Source of the DNA: Acaryochloris thomasi RCC1774
Lineage (GTDB): Bacteria; Cyanobacteriota; Cyanobacteriia; Thermosynechococcales; Thermosynechococcaceae
Assembly: GCF_003231495.1 (NCBI RefSeq)
Contig: NZ_PQWO01000015.1
Span: 60,001 to 92,000, forward strand
Reading direction: 5' to 3'
DNA length: 32,000 nt
The notes beneath the pieces are model-generated. The model did no database searches. It was not told the DNA's origin and saw only the letters and a program-made list of their open reading frames with translations. Each line of letters starts with the position of its first letter. Position 1 is the stretch's first letter. Made by a program: the position numbers and the translations under genes. Shown in pieces: positions 9,588 through 17,616 of this stretch.

Positions 9588-9946
9588 AATATTGCTCAGA
9601 TTGCTGGACTCTTCTTCATTTTATGTTAGCCGTCAAGAGACTTGTGCCGTGTTAGCACAGCTTTTACCTTTAGGTGGATCAACCTACATTCAGCGTAAAT
9701 ATCAAGTTTCCGTCAGTGCAAAGATTCCTGAAGGGAGCAAGGGAAAAGGGTGAGCATTGCGCTGTTGCAATCCTAGACTCTGGCGAAAGAATAAACAAAC
9801 ACAACTAGCCGATTCAGGTTTATTGCAATGGAGATATCAGTATCTTTCAGGTCTATAGGCTCAGACCTTTAACCCAGGTTAGCGAGACACGCTTCTTCAA
9901 GTCCCTTGTATCCTGAAGACAGGGGAAATCATAATTTGAGGAAAGA

Positions 9947-11050
9947 ATGTCAGGACAACCGTTATCGTTCAGAAGCTTTCAAGTGATGACGTTCGCCTGT
10001 TTAAGTGCTGTGCTCACCTCTAGCTGGCCCGCTTTGAAGGGAGACGCTTCTCAAGTTGCGATCGCACGGCCTGCCGAAAATCCTCCAGCATCAAGCTCTC
10101 TTGTTCGACGCTTGGCTCAGGCAGAATCGCTAGAGCAGCTTCAAGCACGTATCGATCAACTGTCTCAACAAGGCCAGTATTCTGAGGCTATTCCTTTAGC
10201 AGAACAGGTACTTGAGCGGCGTAAGCAACAGTTGGGGACACAACACTCATCAGTGGCCACCAGCCTCAATAAGCTAGCGCTACTGTACGAGAAACAGGGA
10301 CGGTATGGAGACGCTGAGCCGCTCTTTGAGCAGGCTCTCGCAATCTATAAAAAACGATTTGGTCAAGAGCACGCTGCGGTGGCCACCAGCCTCAATAATC
10401 TGGCTGAACTCTACGGTAAACGAGGGCGATACACTGAGGCGGAGTCCCTCTTCAAGCAAGCTTTGGAGATTTATCGTCAACAACTGGGCCAAGATCATAT
10501 CAATGTTGCCTACAGCCTCAATAACTTGGCAGAACTCTACGGGCAACAGGGACGATATCGAGAAGCTGAGCCGCTGCACACCCAGGCTTTAGAAATTAAA
10601 CGCAAGCAACTAGGACAGGAGCATCGTTCTATTGCGACTAGCCTCAACAATCTGGCCGAACTCTATGGAAAGCAAGGTCGTTATGAAGAGGCTGAACCAC
10701 TCTTCAAGCAGGCTCTGACGATGCGAAAAGAGCTACTGGGCCAAGAACACCCATCGGTGGCCACCAGCCTCAACAACCTGGCGGAGCTTTATGGCAAGCA
10801 GCAGAAATATGAGGAGGCGGAATCGCTCTTTAAGCAGGCGTTAGAGATGCGACAAGAGCTTTTAGGTCAAGAGCACCCCTCTGTAGCCATTAGCCTTAGC
10901 AACCTAGCGGCCCTCTACGGAAGCCAGGGAAACTACAAAGAAGCGAAGTCGCTCTATCAAGAAGCGATCGCAATTGCCAAGATCAAGCTAGGTCCGACCC
11001 ATCCCACAACGCAGGTGATCCAAAGACGATTCAAGATTCTTTCGCAGTAG
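9947..11050 (+). CDS. secreted tetratricopeptide-repeat protein (TPR_10/TPR_12, kinesin-light-chain-like repeats)
   Basis: Hydrophobic N-terminal signal-like segment, then six 42-aa units of the form [42 protein letters not shown]. Confidence 0.85.
   Translation: [367 protein letters not shown]
10253..11008 (+). repeat. tandem 126-bp coding repeat, six units (TPR pairs)
   Basis: The GTGGCCACCAGCCTCAA-type unit start recurs at 10253, 10379, 10505, 10631, 10757 and 10883, an exact 126-nt spacing. Confidence 0.9.
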
Positions 11051-11111
11051 CAAGGAACCCTGTATAAAAATCTAGGCTTATACAACAATCGAACTTATAC
11101 GACGACCGGCC

Positions 11112-12905
11112 TCAGTTGTCTTTCTGCTGGGGCTTCTGTTTTGCTGTCGGTTGATTAGAGGCAGCGACACTTTTACATTCTTTGAAGAGCAGAGGATCGT
11201 TAACGTTAGAGACGTCAGACGAGACTGCTTTCATCCCCTCAGCAACGGGATCAAAGGCCCCTCCGTTAGGGCCTTGTTCTGGGAAGTTCTTCTGCCAATC
11301 TTCCTCAAGATAGCAAGCCCCCTTCAACACAGCGCCCTGCCAAGAAACGCCAGAGAGGTTTGCCCCCCGCAAATCAACCTGTCGAAGATCGGCATAGTCC
11401 AGCTTCGCGTTGCGTAGATTCGCTCCCATCAACACAGACCGAAACAACCTTGAATCTTGCAATCCAGCCCCGCTAAAATCTGCGCTGCATTTGTTTCTTT
11501 GGAACCAGCGGATGGGTTTCTGATAAAAAGTATCGACGAAGAAGTTTCCTGACGAACCTTCTTTGCAGCTCTGCAAGGAGAGATAGGCCCCTTCAAGATT
11601 GCTCCTTTCCAGTGGGGCATCTTTGAGCTTCACCCCTATCAAATCAGCCCCGCTTAGCTGAACTGGGGTCACGAAAGGTTGTTCATAGGATTTGGCACTA
11701 AATTCAAAGATCCAAGAACAGCCCAGATTTCTTTTATCCTTTTGCGCTAAGGTCCTACATCCTTTACTATCGCTGGCCATAAGTTGTTGATTGACCGTGG
11801 CCGGACTTGCGAGAAAGACAGGGAACAATGTAGGCCTTGCTTTTTCAACTCTTAAACCTCTTATATAAACCAGTTCTTTTTGTGCTAGACCTTGATTCAA
11901 AAATCGAACGACCTGCTTAGAAGAGAAGTCTTCTCTTGAGAACCATTCTTCACTCAACGCTTGAGGCTGAATCTTGACGAGTTTCGCCCCATGCAAAAAC
12001 CGAAAGAGGGTGCCTTTCGCTTCACCATCTAGATTTTTCAGCGTTGTCAGAGTTTGAGCATTCGCTGATTCTCTAGCCTTTCGAGCATCGGAATCAGAGA
12101 GGCTAAGGCTACTTAATTTCTTATCAGTTAATAGTCTTGATATATTACTGATATAAGAGGCGAGAGATTCTTCTCTACGTTTTCTCCCCTCAATAGATTC
12201 GGGAATTTTATAAATCAGAGACAGTGCTACCAAGATAAAGATTAGTGCAATAGCTCCCTTTGCCAATAACTGAATTAAGCTCTTATTATTCCGGTCTGAT
12301 TTAGAGCTTACATCAGAGGAAGCAAACACGTTATCTGCTCGGTCGTCTGTATCAGGAGCCAGCTCTTTTTGATTCAGGTCGAATCTATCTATATTCAGTG
12401 CGTTTGTTTGCCTGTCAAATGATCTATTTGCAGCAATCTGGGTCTGTTCTTCTAACTGTTTTAATTCGTCAACACTGGGAATAATGGTCTCATCGTATGA
12501 AGGCTTTTGCCTGAATATTTCATTGAGCTGCGTGAGCTCTATTGCTTTCCACTCAAAAACAAATCGCGCGCCGTTCGGCTTGCCAAGAGTAACGCGATCC
12601 TCAGACTGTAGCTGTTGAGAACTCTCTATCTTTTTGTTGTTTACAAAAGTACCGTTGGGCGTTTCTAGATCCCACAGCAGCCAGACCATTTCCCCATCAA
12701 CATCTTCTAGCTTTACTTTTGCGTGGTACCGAGATGTATTGGAATATTCAGGTCTGAGATAAATTTGACAATCCTTAGATCGGCCAATGAAGGTTGCCTC
12801 TTCTTTGGACAAGATATAGGGTTCCGAGGCTTGTTCCGCTGCCGGTGAGCCTGGTTCGTTGTGTAAAGTTAGAATCGCAACCCAATTTGTAGAAGATTCG
12901 CTCAT
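11112..12905 (-). CDS. FHA domain - single TM - pentapeptide-repeat protein
   Basis: N-terminal FHA motifs (FIGRS...SRYHAKV...NGTFVNN). One TM helix (AIALIFILVALSLIY). A post-TM ARxxTLTTLKNLDGEAKGxLFRFLHGAKL module typical of cyanobacterial pentapeptide proteins. C-terminal A(D/N)LxG-type repeats (ADFSGAGLQDSRLFRSVLMGANLRNAKLDYADLRQVDLRGANLSG). Confidence 0.85.
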   Translation of the reverse strand: MSESSTNWVAILTLHNEPGSPAAEQASEPYILSKEEATFIGRSKDCQIYLRPEYSNTSRYHAKVKLEDVDGEMVWLLWDLETPNGTFVNNKKIESSQQLQSEDRVTLGKPNGARFVFEWKAIELTQLNEIFRQKPSYDETIIPSVDELKQLEEQTQIAANRSFDRQTNALNIDRFDLNQKELAPDTDDRADNVFASSDVSSKSDRNNKSLIQLLAKGAIALIFILVALSLIYKIPESIEGRKRREESLASYISNISRLLTDKKLSSLSLSDSDARKARESANAQTLTTLKNLDGEAKGTLFRFLHGAKLVKIQPQALSEEWFSREDFSSKQVVRFLNQGLAQKELVYIRGLRVEKARPTLFPVFLASPATVNQQLMASDSKGCRTLAQKDKRNLGCSWIFEFSAKSYEQPFVTPVQLSGADLIGVKLKDAPLERSNLEGAYLSLQSCKEGSSGNFFVDTFYQKPIRWFQRNKCSADFSGAGLQDSRLFRSVLMGANLRNAKLDYADLRQVDLRGANLSGVSWQGAVLKGACYLEEDWQKNFPEQGPNGGAFDPVAEGMKAVSSDVSNVNDPLLFKECKSVAASNQPTAKQKPQQKDN

Positions 12906-13293
12906 TTTCAGGAATTCTGTCGATATATAGAAGAATTTTAAAGATTAGATATTTGAAGGTGGTCATTGGAACACCTATGCATCCTAGCCTAGCGCCGACA
13001 ATGACTGACATCCTAGCTTCGCTGTGTCGCCATTCCGTCGTAGGACGCTGAGGCTCTATCGGCTAATTGAAGCATCATGCCGCTCTTTCAATAATTTAAT
13101 GGATCAGAAAGATCTGCTGCAAAAAGTAAACACGGCAGATTTTCTCAATCTCAACTTCCTGCGGAGAGGATCTTTGAAAGTGGCTGATCATAATATTGAG
13201 TCTTCCGAGATCCCCTCCGTTTCTTAGTCTGATGGGATGCGGGGATCTCTAACATATTGGGGAGCATCCGACTTTAGCTAAAGTCTTGCACGG

Positions 13294-13373
13294 CCCTCAC
13301 CCAATTCTGGGCAAGGGACTTTGAGTACTTTTATCTTGCCCCTCTTCTCCCAAGGCTGAGAGAAGGGGCTGGG
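13294..13373. repeat. small GC-rich imperfect-hairpin element of the dispersed cyanobacterial (MITE-like) type
   Basis: CCCTCACCC...GGGCAAGGG followed by CCCCTCTTCTCCCAAGGCTGAGAGAAGGGGCTGGG gives two imperfect inverted repeats. They resemble short dispersed repeats common in cyanobacterial intergenic DNA. Only one copy is in this window, so its repeat status is unverified. Confidence 0.35.
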
Positions 13374-13439
13374 AACCAAGTGCAAAAGTAGGATACGCCC
13401 ACATATTTTGCTAAACCCTAAGACTGTTCATACAAATGC

Positions 13440-15176
13440 CTAAGTGAAAGGTAGCCATTCCCAAAAACCCTGCCAGTCTATTTGAGGCAGTTTCAGGCCC
13501 AAAAAGCCTCCATTCTGTTCTTCTGGTGCGGCAGGGCTGGGAGCGGGGATCTCTGGCTCTCGCCAGCGGGCAATCGTATCGGTTAATGGCTCTAGGGTTG
13601 TCCCAGGGTAGTAGAAGTCTAAAATTTTCGATGCCGACCAGCCGAGCTTGCTCAAATGCTGAGCGCCGGTCTGACTTAGACCGACAGCATGGCCCCAACC
13701 ACCTCCCACAAACCGGTAGCCTTTCAGCACTTTCTCCGGCGGCGGAGCAGGGCTCTGTGGGTCTGGCGCATTGACGATAGGAGGCTGTGGCTCATACATC
13801 GGCTCCACGTAGAAGAGCAAACTCTTAGCTCCCCGAATGCCTTGGACAATCTCATCCTTATGCAGTTCGACGGATCCGATATCGGTAGTCACCCTGAGCG
13901 TTTGAACGCGCCCCCCGTGGGAGCGTTTCGTGATCTCTAGCGTTTGAATCGTGCCAAATTCAGCTAAGGGATGCTGCTTTTGCCTGAGAAATTTACGCAA
14001 AATCTGATTCATTTCAGCTAAAGGTGCCTCAATCCGCCACCGGAAGGTCGGCCAGGTGACTTCATTAAAGCCCTGCTTGAGGTTGACGAAGGCCTTGAAG
14101 TTAGCAGGGTCTGCAAGACTGCGGGTTTTGAGATCCCAGACGGGGTTGGGGGCGGCATCGATTTTGGTCTGCAGATAGGGGCGAGGATCGCCTTCCCAGA
14201 CTTCTTCAAAGGAGGCCGTGACGCCGCCTGTGGTTGAGGAATAAAGAGCGTCAATCAGTTCGTTGTCATAGGTCAACACTTGGCCCGCAGTGGTTGCGAT
14301 CGCATCATCAACCCGAGACTTCGCACCCGACAATCCACGATAAACCTGACATTGGGTATCCGCACACAGCTCATAGTCGTCAATCTTGAATCGGCGCAGA
14401 TTCCGCAGGGCGTAGGTGCGCGCAATAATCGCTTGGGCTTGAATAGAAGTCAAAGGAGCCGAAAAGCCAATCTCGTAGGGCACCACACCCCTGAGGTAGG
14501 TCTCTATGGGCACCTGATTAACAAGGGTATAGCTGCCGTAGGTATTGGGCTGAAACTTGAGGGTGCCGCCATACCTGTTTTTTTGAACCTGCAGCACCGA
14601 TTTACCCGACGTAATGCTCACAGAGTCACGGCTGTAGCGATAGCCGTCAACAACCCAGCTCAGCAAAGGTTTCTGGACCTGACGCTGTTGATCTAAGAAG
14701 ACTGACTTCCCCTGCTCTTTTAGGGTTTTGACCAGCTTTTTACGCTTCTTAGGAGTGGAGTAGCGATCTCGTTTTGCCCAAACTTGCCACTTGTTGGGCT
14801 GGGCCACCTCCACCGGAATACCCTGCATTCGATAATCCAGCGCCTGAGTCTCAGCGCTTTCGAAACTGCGAAACACACCCAACACCACCCGCTCTTGAAT
14901 AACAGGCTTGGGCAAAGGCTGTGGCTGAATATCAAACTGGACCTTGTTGGTCGCCAGGGTCTTAACCTGTCCCTGATCGGCGAATTTCAGGGTAAGCCGA
15001 TCACCGGGAAGCGCTTGGATTGTCAATGTGTCCTTAGGCTGCTCACCAAACCGCTGCACAATGCCAATCTTGAGGGTTGGATTCGACGCGGCTCCTGCAG
15101 GGGCGGCCAGTAAGACACCCACGGCAATGAAGCTGCCGCCGACGTACGACCTCTGCTTACCGATTGCACCCGTCAT
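13440..15176 (-). CDS. SpoIID/LytB-domain protein (peptidoglycan-remodelling, secreted)
   Basis: Signal peptide, then SpoIID motifs: EAQAIIARTYAL, CxDTQCQVY, ALYSSTTGGVTASFEEVW and GGGWGHAVGLSQTGA. Confidence 0.88.
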   Translation of the reverse strand: MTGAIGKQRSYVGGSFIAVGVLLAAPAGAASNPTLKIGIVQRFGEQPKDTLTIQALPGDRLTLKFADQGQVKTLATNKVQFDIQPQPLPKPVIQERVVLGVFRSFESAETQALDYRMQGIPVEVAQPNKWQVWAKRDRYSTPKKRKKLVKTLKEQGKSVFLDQQRQVQKPLLSWVVDGYRYSRDSVSITSGKSVLQVQKNRYGGTLKFQPNTYGSYTLVNQVPIETYLRGVVPYEIGFSAPLTSIQAQAIIARTYALRNLRRFKIDDYELCADTQCQVYRGLSGAKSRVDDAIATTAGQVLTYDNELIDALYSSTTGGVTASFEEVWEGDPRPYLQTKIDAAPNPVWDLKTRSLADPANFKAFVNLKQGFNEVTWPTFRWRIEAPLAEMNQILRKFLRQKQHPLAEFGTIQTLEITKRSHGGRVQTLRVTTDIGSVELHKDEIVQGIRGAKSLLFYVEPMYEPQPPIVNAPDPQSPAPPPEKVLKGYRFVGGGWGHAVGLSQTGAQHLSKLGWSASKILDFYYPGTTLEPLTDTIARWREPEIPAPSPAAPEEQNGGFLGLKLPQIDWQGFWEWLPFT

Positions 15177-15312
15177 TACAGTCTTTAACCCAACATGCTG
15201 ATATTTCTTGAATGCTAGCGTATACGGCGACGAGGCTTCATGCCAATCCTTAGATCATGATCTTGCAAAACGTAGTCATAACGACTATGATTTAAGAAAA
15301 AGAAACAAGTGA

Positions 15313-15582
15313 TTGACTGTGGTTCGAGTTAAAAACATAGCTCTCAAAGAGATTCACCGCCCGCTCTACCGTCAAAATGATCAGAGCAAGGTCGCCGCGT
15401 TAATGCGCTCCATCGCTGAGGTGGGTCTCCAGGAACCCATTGAGGTTTTAGAGGTTGAAGGGCGATACTATGGATTCTCGGGCTGTCATCGGTACGAGGC
15501 TTGTTCTCGACTAGGCCACCACACCATTCGCTGTCGGGTGCGGCGGGCAACCCCTGCGGTCCTCCGCATGCATCTTGCTTAG
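15313..15582 (+). CDS. srxA: sulfiredoxin (ParB/Srx fold)
   Basis: An 89-aa protein with the sulfiredoxin signature F-S-G-C-H-R (YYGFSGCHRYEA). TTG start. Lies 28 nt upstream of dps. Confidence 0.8.
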   Translation: MTVVRVKNIALKEIHRPLYRQNDQSKVAALMRSIAEVGLQEPIEVLEVEGRYYGFSGCHRYEACSRLGHHTIRCRVRRATPAVLRMHLA

Positions 15583-15610
15583 TCTTTTTATTTAATAGGA
15601 GATCTCAATC

Positions 15611-16090
15611 ATGCCAGTCTCTTCCATGCCGATTAATATTGGTATTGACGAAAAAAATCGGCAGCAAATTGCCGAGGGTCTATCGCACCTCTTAGCAGAT
15701 ACCTACACGCTCTATCTCAAAACCCATAACTTCCACTGGAACGTGACCGGTCCGATGTTCCAGACGCTGCACCTGATGTTTGAGGGGCAGTATAACGAAC
15801 TGGCACTGGCAGTAGATGCGATCGCAGAGCGAATTCGCGCTTTAGGCTTTCCGGCCCCTGGAACCTATAAGGAATACAGCAAGCTCACGTCCATTCCAGA
15901 AGCAGAGGGCGTGCCCAGCGCGGAAGAAATGATTCGTGAGCTTGTAGAAGGTCAAGAGGCCGTCGTCAGAACAGCACGTTCCGTCTTCCCGGCTGCGGAT
16001 GAGGCCAACGACGAGCCCACAGCAGATCTACTAACCCAGCGCCTGCAGATTCACGAAAAAACAGCCTGGATGCTGCGGAGTCTCCTGTAG
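15611..16090 (+). CDS. dps: Dps-family DNA-binding ferritin-like protein
   Basis: [35 protein letters not shown] and [19 protein letters not shown] match the Dps ferroxidase-site helices. Confidence 0.92.
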   Translation: MPVSSMPINIGIDEKNRQQIAEGLSHLLADTYTLYLKTHNFHWNVTGPMFQTLHLMFEGQYNELALAVDAIAERIRALGFPAPGTYKEYSKLTSIPEAEGVPSAEEMIRELVEGQEAVVRTARSVFPAADEANDEPTADLLTQRLQIHEKTAWMLRSLL

Positions 16091-16115
16091 GGCTGCTTTG
16101 TTGATTGATTTTATC

Positions 16116-16150
16116 CATCCGCCACGGTTGCCGTGGCGGATGATTTTTTT
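16116..16150 (+). terminator. rho-independent terminator of srxA-dps
   Basis: Perfect 12-bp stem (16116-16127 catccgccacgg / 16131-16142 ccgtggcggatg) with a 3-nt loop, followed by ATTTTTTT. Confidence 0.85.
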
Positions 16151-16567
16151 AAGCTTCTTTCTTGGTCGCTTCTGTAATCAGCCGAAAAATCGCGTGGGTA
16201 ATGGGTATCCCGAATGCTGCAAACAAGAATATCTTGATGCATAGAAAAAGAAACGCAAGCATGATTCTGCCTCAATCTATCTGCCGATGTGGGTCAAACA
16301 TAGTTTGACGTGATTGCCGGGATGTAAGGCAAGTGGTTGACCACCATACCCTCAATCAAAACCCTGCGTTGATTATTATACCTGGGGCTGAGGCGTCAGC
16401 AATCGTTCCAGCATTTATGCCGACAGGAGTATCGGCGTCTCCAGTTCAGAAGCTTTGGTGTATATACAACGTTGTATACAATAGACGCACAATCTTCTGC
16501 GATGATCGTTAGCATAGCCCCTCCATCAGGGGCAGTCATATAAGGCTGAGCATCCTCTCACAGCCGT

Positions 16568-17122
16568 ATGACTCAAAGCGATAGCCTATATACAGCTGTG
16601 CTGGCAGGTCGATTTGTGATTAACTTACGTCCCGCAACACCCCAAGATCTGAAGCTTTTACGTCACTGGGATCAGCAGCCCCATGTAATTGCCTCCGATC
16701 CCGATGATGATTGGGAATGGGAGGTCGAACTTCTCCGAGATCCTGACTGGCGTGAGCAATTGATCGCGGAGCTGAACGGCAGCCCCATTGGCTTTATGCA
16801 AATCATCGATCCGGCCCGCGAGGATAGCCACTATTGGGGAAATGTCTCAGCGAACCTGAGAGCGATAGATATCTGGATTGGTGAGGCATCTGACTTAGGG
16901 CAGGGGCATGGGACACAAATGATGCAGTTGGCACTAACCCGATGTTTTGACGATCCGGAAGTGACCGGCGTGCTGCTGGATCCGTTGGTAAGTAATACTC
17001 GCGCCCATCGTTTTTATGAGCGATTGGGGTTTCGATGTTGCGATCGCCGCCACTTCGGAACTGATGACTGCTTCGTATATCAGCTAAGCCGCACTGCTTG
17101 GCATTCCAGCAAGAATAGCTGA
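16568..17122 (+). CDS. GNAT-family N-acetyltransferase
   Basis: Acetyl-CoA-binding core (IWIGEASDLGQGHGTQMM ... NTRAHRFYERLGF) in a ~180-aa protein. Substrate unknown. Confidence 0.8.
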   Translation: MTQSDSLYTAVLAGRFVINLRPATPQDLKLLRHWDQQPHVIASDPDDDWEWEVELLRDPDWREQLIAELNGSPIGFMQIIDPAREDSHYWGNVSANLRAIDIWIGEASDLGQGHGTQMMQLALTRCFDDPEVTGVLLDPLVSNTRAHRFYERLGFRCCDRRHFGTDDCFVYQLSRTAWHSSKNS

Positions 17123-17174
17123 TTCATAATGCTGTCCTACAATAGATGAGCAGCCCGGCATCTAGGGGTGATTG

Positions 17175-17453
17175 ATGAATCCGACAGATCAGGACCCAAT
17201 GGAGGATCGAGCATCCTCTGACCCAAGTTCCATAGCAGAGTTACGGGATCAGCTCAATACAGTACTTCAGGAACTATCACCAGAACGATTAAAGATTCTA
17301 GCTGATTTTGCCGCGTTCTTGACAAGCGCAGCAGGTGAAGCGGCGACCCAAGAGCTGCTCGCTATCCCTAGTTTGTGGGAGCAAGTCAGAGAGAATCAAT
17401 CGACACCTACTCCCCTCTATACACCTTGGAGAAAACTTCGCTCTGATGTATGA
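17175..17453 (+). CDS. type II antitoxin (partner of RelE/ParE-type toxin)
   Basis: Small acidic protein with the LxxVxDFAAFL...EATQELLAIP pattern seen in cyanobacterial antitoxins. Its stop overlaps the toxin ATG in ATGTATGA (8-nt overlap), a classic TA operon junction. Confidence 0.6.
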   Translation: MNPTDQDPMEDRASSDPSSIAELRDQLNTVLQELSPERLKILADFAAFLTSAAGEAATQELLAIPSLWEQVRENQSTPTPLYTPWRKLRSDV

Positions 17454-17616
17454 GGTTGTTCTTCATCCAGACACTCAGAAGTTTTATGTCAAGGCGGATC
17501 AAGCCCTGGCAAAGAAAATTGCTCGATGTTTGCAGCAGCTAGAGCAAACGCCTCGATCTCATCCCAATATCAAGGCTGTGAAAGGGAAAAGGGAGTGCAT
17601 AACAAAAGATATTCCA
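17446..17616 (+). pseudogene. RelE/ParE-family toxin remnant (N-terminal ~50 codons only), in frame with the downstream gene
   Basis: MYEVVLHPDTQKFYVKADQALAKKIARCLQQLEQTPRSHPNIKAVKGK matches the N-terminal half of ~85-90-aa RelE/ParE toxins. The usual C-terminal half (YRxRVGDYRVIY...) is absent. The frame runs on without a stop into the ATG at 17617. Confidence 0.6.

Noticed and set aside
10280-10592. 99-aa minus-strand and 95-aa plus-strand ORFs overlapping the TPR gene.
   Set aside because: These open frames are created by the 126-bp repeat periodicity. Their translations are repeat echoes with no start context, whereas the TPR frame is unambiguous.
13024-13227. 67-aa GTG-started plus-strand ORF in the AT-rich region upstream of the FHA gene (also 13411..13698 minus).
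   Set aside because: Its composition is Arg/Leu/Ser-rich and it has no motifs. The second ORF is a shadow frame inside the SpoIID gene. The first could be real, but I have no evidence for it.
10972-14295. Absence of HIP1 sites across the FHA gene, considered as evidence of foreign origin.
   Set aside because: Comparable or longer HIP1-free gaps occur over clearly native genes (23046-28017 and 6596-10057). The gap is therefore not informative.
17335-17445. Upstream extension of the 328-aa track ORF (MKRRPKSCSLSLVCGSK...).
   Set aside because: This segment is an alternative frame of the antitoxin gene with an implausible translation. The biologically meaningful starts are 17446 (toxin remnant) and 17617 (AlkD-like).
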